From NCBI RefSeq assembly GCF_001949145.1, contig NW_019091358.1:3692569-3756568 (forward strand): DNA of 64,000 bases, read 5' to 3'. Positions 60,801 to 64,000 of the stretch are shown one piece after another (positions within the stretch are counted from its first letter, which is position 1; each line of letters begins with the position of its first letter). This stretch comes from Acanthaster planci. Taxonomy: Eukaryota. The position numbers were made by a program, and so were the translations under genes. Below the pieces are notes generated by a model, which was not told the DNA's origin, searched no databases, and saw only the letters and a program-made list of their open reading frames with translations.

Positions 60801-63552
60801 AAAATTGCACCATCCCTGGTTGCTGCAGGGAGCAAATGGCATAAAACTGTGACGAGGAGCATGTCATTCAAAATCCAATGATCTGAATTGCAATCGCTTG
60901 AGATTATTTTGTTTTTCCATTCCTGTTTGTTAGTCAACTAAGAGGTAATTTTATATCAAGCAAGATATGGGACAGAGGGGTACCCCCTCCTACCTGTCCA
61001 TTCCCTATACACACTCTAGACTATTGTTACTTAACACACCCCCCTAGAAGTCTGTAAAGAATTCCTGAGATTCCAATCAAAAATGACCAACACAAAGGCG
61101 GGGGGGGGATTTCTCTCCGTCCCATATCTTGCTTCACATGGGTAATTTATACAAGTAGGATCATTGGGGAAATTCTAGCCCTGCCCTCAAAAACTGATCC
61201 AACTTGAAAAGCCAGCATTTTTTTCTCACCTGGACTTTTTTTTTTTGCTTTTGTTGGTCCTCAAGAGGCCCATCAACCATCCTGGTAACCATAAGGCTGA
61301 AGAATATAAAGGATGCAATTACCACACTGCACCTGCCTTAATTAGACTCCCTCCCTCTGCGTAAAAGCAGCTGTCAAATGACAATATCTATTTGAGCATA
61401 GCTGGAGGTTGAAAGTGTTGAACTTGGCAGAAGGAGGAAAATTGGACAACTTAAAGGCATACCCCTATGGTACAGGAGAGAATCAAGGAACAGCTGTAGT
61501 TTAGTGTGGCTTGGCATGGGAATTGAACCAGGGCCACAGTTGTTTGAAGCACCCTTACCCTGAAACTCTGTCCCAGTGTTCATAAGCTACACTTGTTTTG
61601 AAAATCCTCTATGTTGCCTTTTATGGGCTATTTAGGGGTGAGGCTGCATTTTTGAGCGTTTTATGCACTTGTGGAAGAGATGTAGAATAGACCAAGATTT
61701 TCCTGTCTTTATTAAAAACAGGAGTTTTGCTGCTTTCTTTTTTAGTGGGGGGGATAGTCCCTGCTGCCCTTCCCATCCACCAGGGACTATCCTGTGCTTA
61801 ATCTTTATTGTCCAACTTAATTTGACATGCCTCCTGTCATAGTGCTTTGGAAGATGTAGCACAGCAAAGGTTTCAACCAGTTGCCATGTTCAATCCATGC
61901 CTATCTGTTACTTCCACAGGTGACCATGGGCTTTATCAGTGACGAGGCAGCTCCAGGAGAGACGACCCAGCTCGTGATCCAGGCAGCCCCCGGGTCTCTG
62001 TGTGGCGTGGGTGTTGTCGACAAGAGCGTCCAGCTCCTGGGCGGAGACAACCAGCTGAAGAAGAGCAAGGTATTCCGCGCTGTGCAAGATTCTCTAGGGC
62101 CGCTATTTCACGGGCTGCAGAGCAGAAGATGACTCTCGGCAAAAATACGTGCTGAGAAACTGTTATGATTATTATTTATTTACCCACACTTCGTGGCCAA
62201 TGAGCCAAATTATATGCGAGTTTACAAAATTAAGAAACTATCTGCCGAGAACCAACTACAAGCATTGTAGATTATACGGCATTGAAACTGGTAACCTGAG
62301 CAAACTGAAATTGATTGGCATTAGAATATTGTGAAGTGAGTGCATAATGACCATTTTGTGACCCAGTCTGACAAAATAAGAAGCAAGTTGCCTGAAGCAC
62401 CTTTAGAGAAAGTTTTCAAGAGAATCTCCCATAACGTATTCAACTTGGCAAGAACCCTCAGCGTTTTCAACTGCATAATCTTCAGTTTTCATCACAATAC
62501 CAAGCTGAGTGTTACACCAAAAGAAAGAGCTTAGTCTGCCCTTTTATAATAATAATTTTATAATAATGTTATAAAATTACAAAAATAAAAGTGCAAAATG
62601 ATGAAATGGCCACATGATCTCATTTTGGAGGAGTTGGTCTCGTTTGAGGCAGGTTTGTGGCTGAGAAGAAGCCATGACAACCTGTCAAAAGGCAACTTCC
62701 GAAAACCCCTTGCTCCCTTTCTTTTTTGTTTTTGTTTTATTCTTCCTGCAGGTGTTTGCATCTCTGGAGAAGCATCAGCTTTCTGATAAGGATGGCGAAC
62801 TGGATCGCAGCAAGCACTGCCCTGAACCCATCCCCTGGTGGAGGCGGCTTCCATTTGGTCGCAGGAAGAGGAGTTCCCCCCTCATCTACCGTCCCACACA
62901 GACCTACAAGGACGCGTCCCTGGCATTCCAGGTAAACTCCGGGAAAGGGTCCAATGCAATTCTTAAATGGCTTTGAAGCTTTTCTTCCAGAAAAGAGCAG
63001 GTGGCACACCATCTGTCATCTGAAATGGTTGTTTGAAACTACCGATTTTCATTGCTTAAGTTGGGCAGTGTTGCCAGCATTGAGACTTTAGCATGATCTC
63101 TGGCGAACCCAGAGTTTCCCTTCCCGTAAAAAGGGGGCAGTTTATGGCAGATGGTTCATTGGTAAAAGCATATGACGTCCTGGTTGCGTCAGATTCAAAC
63201 TCCAATTAATTTCTTTGTTCATTTAAGTGTAGTTAATTACTGTTAAAAATTAGAAAAGGGCCTTTGCTCTTAAGATCCAAAATAAAGTGGAAATTTGATG
63301 TTGACTGAGTTGGAGCTGGTTCTTCCCTCGTGAATGAACTTTATTGATAATGTATACGTGAAAACCATTTTGGACATTTGAAAATTTTTGGGCGTGCAAC
63401 ACGTGAAGAGGAATCTTGTATGTTTTAGCTGTGTGACTCCTTGGTTCCTGATGTCTATTTCCCTCTGCAGCAAATGGGTTTGGTTTTCCTGACCAACATC
63501 AAGGTGGAGACTCGACCTTGCGTAAAGAAGGATTGGTACCTTAGAGGCAGAG
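42896..63552 (+). CDS. Alpha-2-macroglobulin-family (thioester protein superfamily) secreted protein, 5' part; 3' partial
   Basis: Exons: 42896-43026 (signal peptide MRGAFFAAALALLLLSCVSG), 47516-47714, 48145-48313, 49710-49762, 50537-50729, 51050-51134, 53239-53344, 54393-54519, 54790-54899, 55937-56107, 57270-57503, 58325-58508, 60352(or 60397)-60569, 61920-62069, 62752-62931, 63471-63552. Family motifs: FIQTDKSIYKPGQTVKFR, FTVDEYVLPKFE, CAKYTYGQPVRG, YSPSGSFIQ, RVLVYYIRKDGEVVTDS, AAPGSLCGVGVVDKSV, RRKR, GLVFLTNIKVETRPC. The thioester motif, if present, lies beyond the window, so the subfamily (A2M versus CPAMD8/CD109) is inferred. Confidence 0.93.
43238..43397. mobile_element. Palindromic foldback MITE-like element in A2M intron 1
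   Basis: TAGTCC..GGACTA termini and an internal inverted repeat ACAAATCGCCTTTTTAATTAAACATTT / AAATGTTAATTAAAAAGGCGATTTGT, extending into a further imperfect stem. Confidence 0.7.
52316..52680 (-). mobile_element. Old SINE remnant (DeuSINE-like)
   Basis: Segments such as CATGTTATACAAGGCTGGGGCCTTTAATGAGTCTCAGCTGCCAAAGA resemble deuterostome SINE core sequences from memory. Not verified by a search. Confidence 0.35.
54900..55936 (+). other. GC-AG intron in the A2M-like gene
   Basis: The donor AAG|GCAAGT matches consensus except at +2. It joins PYYGK to IIVKNPDDSP in phase 0. Confidence 0.8.
56963..57085 (+). mobile_element. Truncated tRNA-derived SINE head
   Basis: Degenerate A/B-box region followed by TGTGTCCTTGGGCAAGCCATTTTACCCC, related to the element at about 23410. 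Confidence 0.5.
57595..58047. mobile_element. Tc1/mariner (pogo/Tigger-like) MITE
   Basis: TA-flanked ends TAGTGGAACACCGCTATAACAAACA and TGTTTGGTAAAGTAATGTTTCACTG|TA, with repeated TTCGGTATAG subterminal motifs. Confidence 0.65.
59040..60129. mobile_element. hAT-like non-autonomous element
   Basis: Perfect 14-bp TIR CAGGGTTGTAGCTA / TAGCTACAACCCTG. The 8-bp flanks (CATTCTTC versus CATGTTAG) do not form a clean TSD. Confidence 0.55.
60958..61134. mobile_element. MITE with about 20-bp TIRs
   Basis: AAGCAAGATATGGGACAGAG ... CTCCGTCCCATATCTTGCTT. Confidence 0.7.
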
Positions 63553-64000
63553 GTAAATACAGGTCAGAAGGTAATAACTGAGGAGTCATTTGGATGTTCA
63601 GGAGTGTGACTTTGTGCCTCGACCCCCTTGTTAGGATCAGGGGAGCCGTTTTCACTCATGTAGTCTATCAGGATCAAAGCTTTTGTGAGCACGACTTAGA
63701 TTCCAAATCTCCCCCCCCCCCATAAATTCAGGAGTAAATGCATTTATTACTTTGAAGTCTCCATGTGTAACTGTAGACCAAAACTATCACAATGTCAGTC
63801 TTTGTTGACGTGCGCTTTCCCGTGGGGACTTGATTGAAATCATCCCACCTCACTGCCATAGAAAAGCGCACAGGTAATTATAGCGTGACGTCATTATGTT
63901 ACAGGTCTGTTCCTGGCATTGGAGTGTCTTTAACCGAAAGTCAAGTCACAGTTCAAACCATTTGTCGTTTCAGAAATTCTGATTCAGTAAGCCTCAGGCA

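Noticed and set aside
61752..61792. 12-bp stem hairpin GGATAGTCCCTG/CAGGGACTATCC
   Set aside because: Short and isolated; likely a transposon fragment with no evidence of function.
63905..63933. Possible next A2M (bait region) micro-exon after TTACAG
   Set aside because: The frame hits TAA after about nine codons and I see no convincing donor; cannot be supported without RNA data.

Overview
Intron-rich animal genomic DNA, with no prokaryotic-type system in it. Gene content, intron style and repeats suggest an invertebrate deuterostome, possibly a sea star; that is inference. By following GT/AG junctions and reading frame I reconstructed six spliced genes: the last two coding exons of ATP synthase alpha (ATP5F1A, +), complete DDX59 (-, 14 coding exons, about 810 aa), complete TIMM44 (+, 15 exons, about 456 aa), a complete C9orf85 homolog (-, 3 exons, about 197 aa), complete SIRT6 (-, 8 exons, about 462 aa), and the 5' part of an alpha-2-macroglobulin-family gene (+, 16 exons here, about 797 aa, continuing past the window). 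The most interesting signal is a U12-type AT-AC intron in DDX59, a helicase linked to the minor spliceosome. Retention of that intron should create an NMD substrate, which suggests a feedback loop. Other notable items are a non-autonomous IS3EU-like transposon with a perfect 6-bp TSD, two Harbinger-type MITEs with CTG TSDs, a 23-bp P-element-like footprint, a GC-AG intron and RRKR site in the A2M gene, tRNA-derived SINEs, minisatellites and two assembly gaps. Most ORFs in the supplied track are spurious or are exon fragments.
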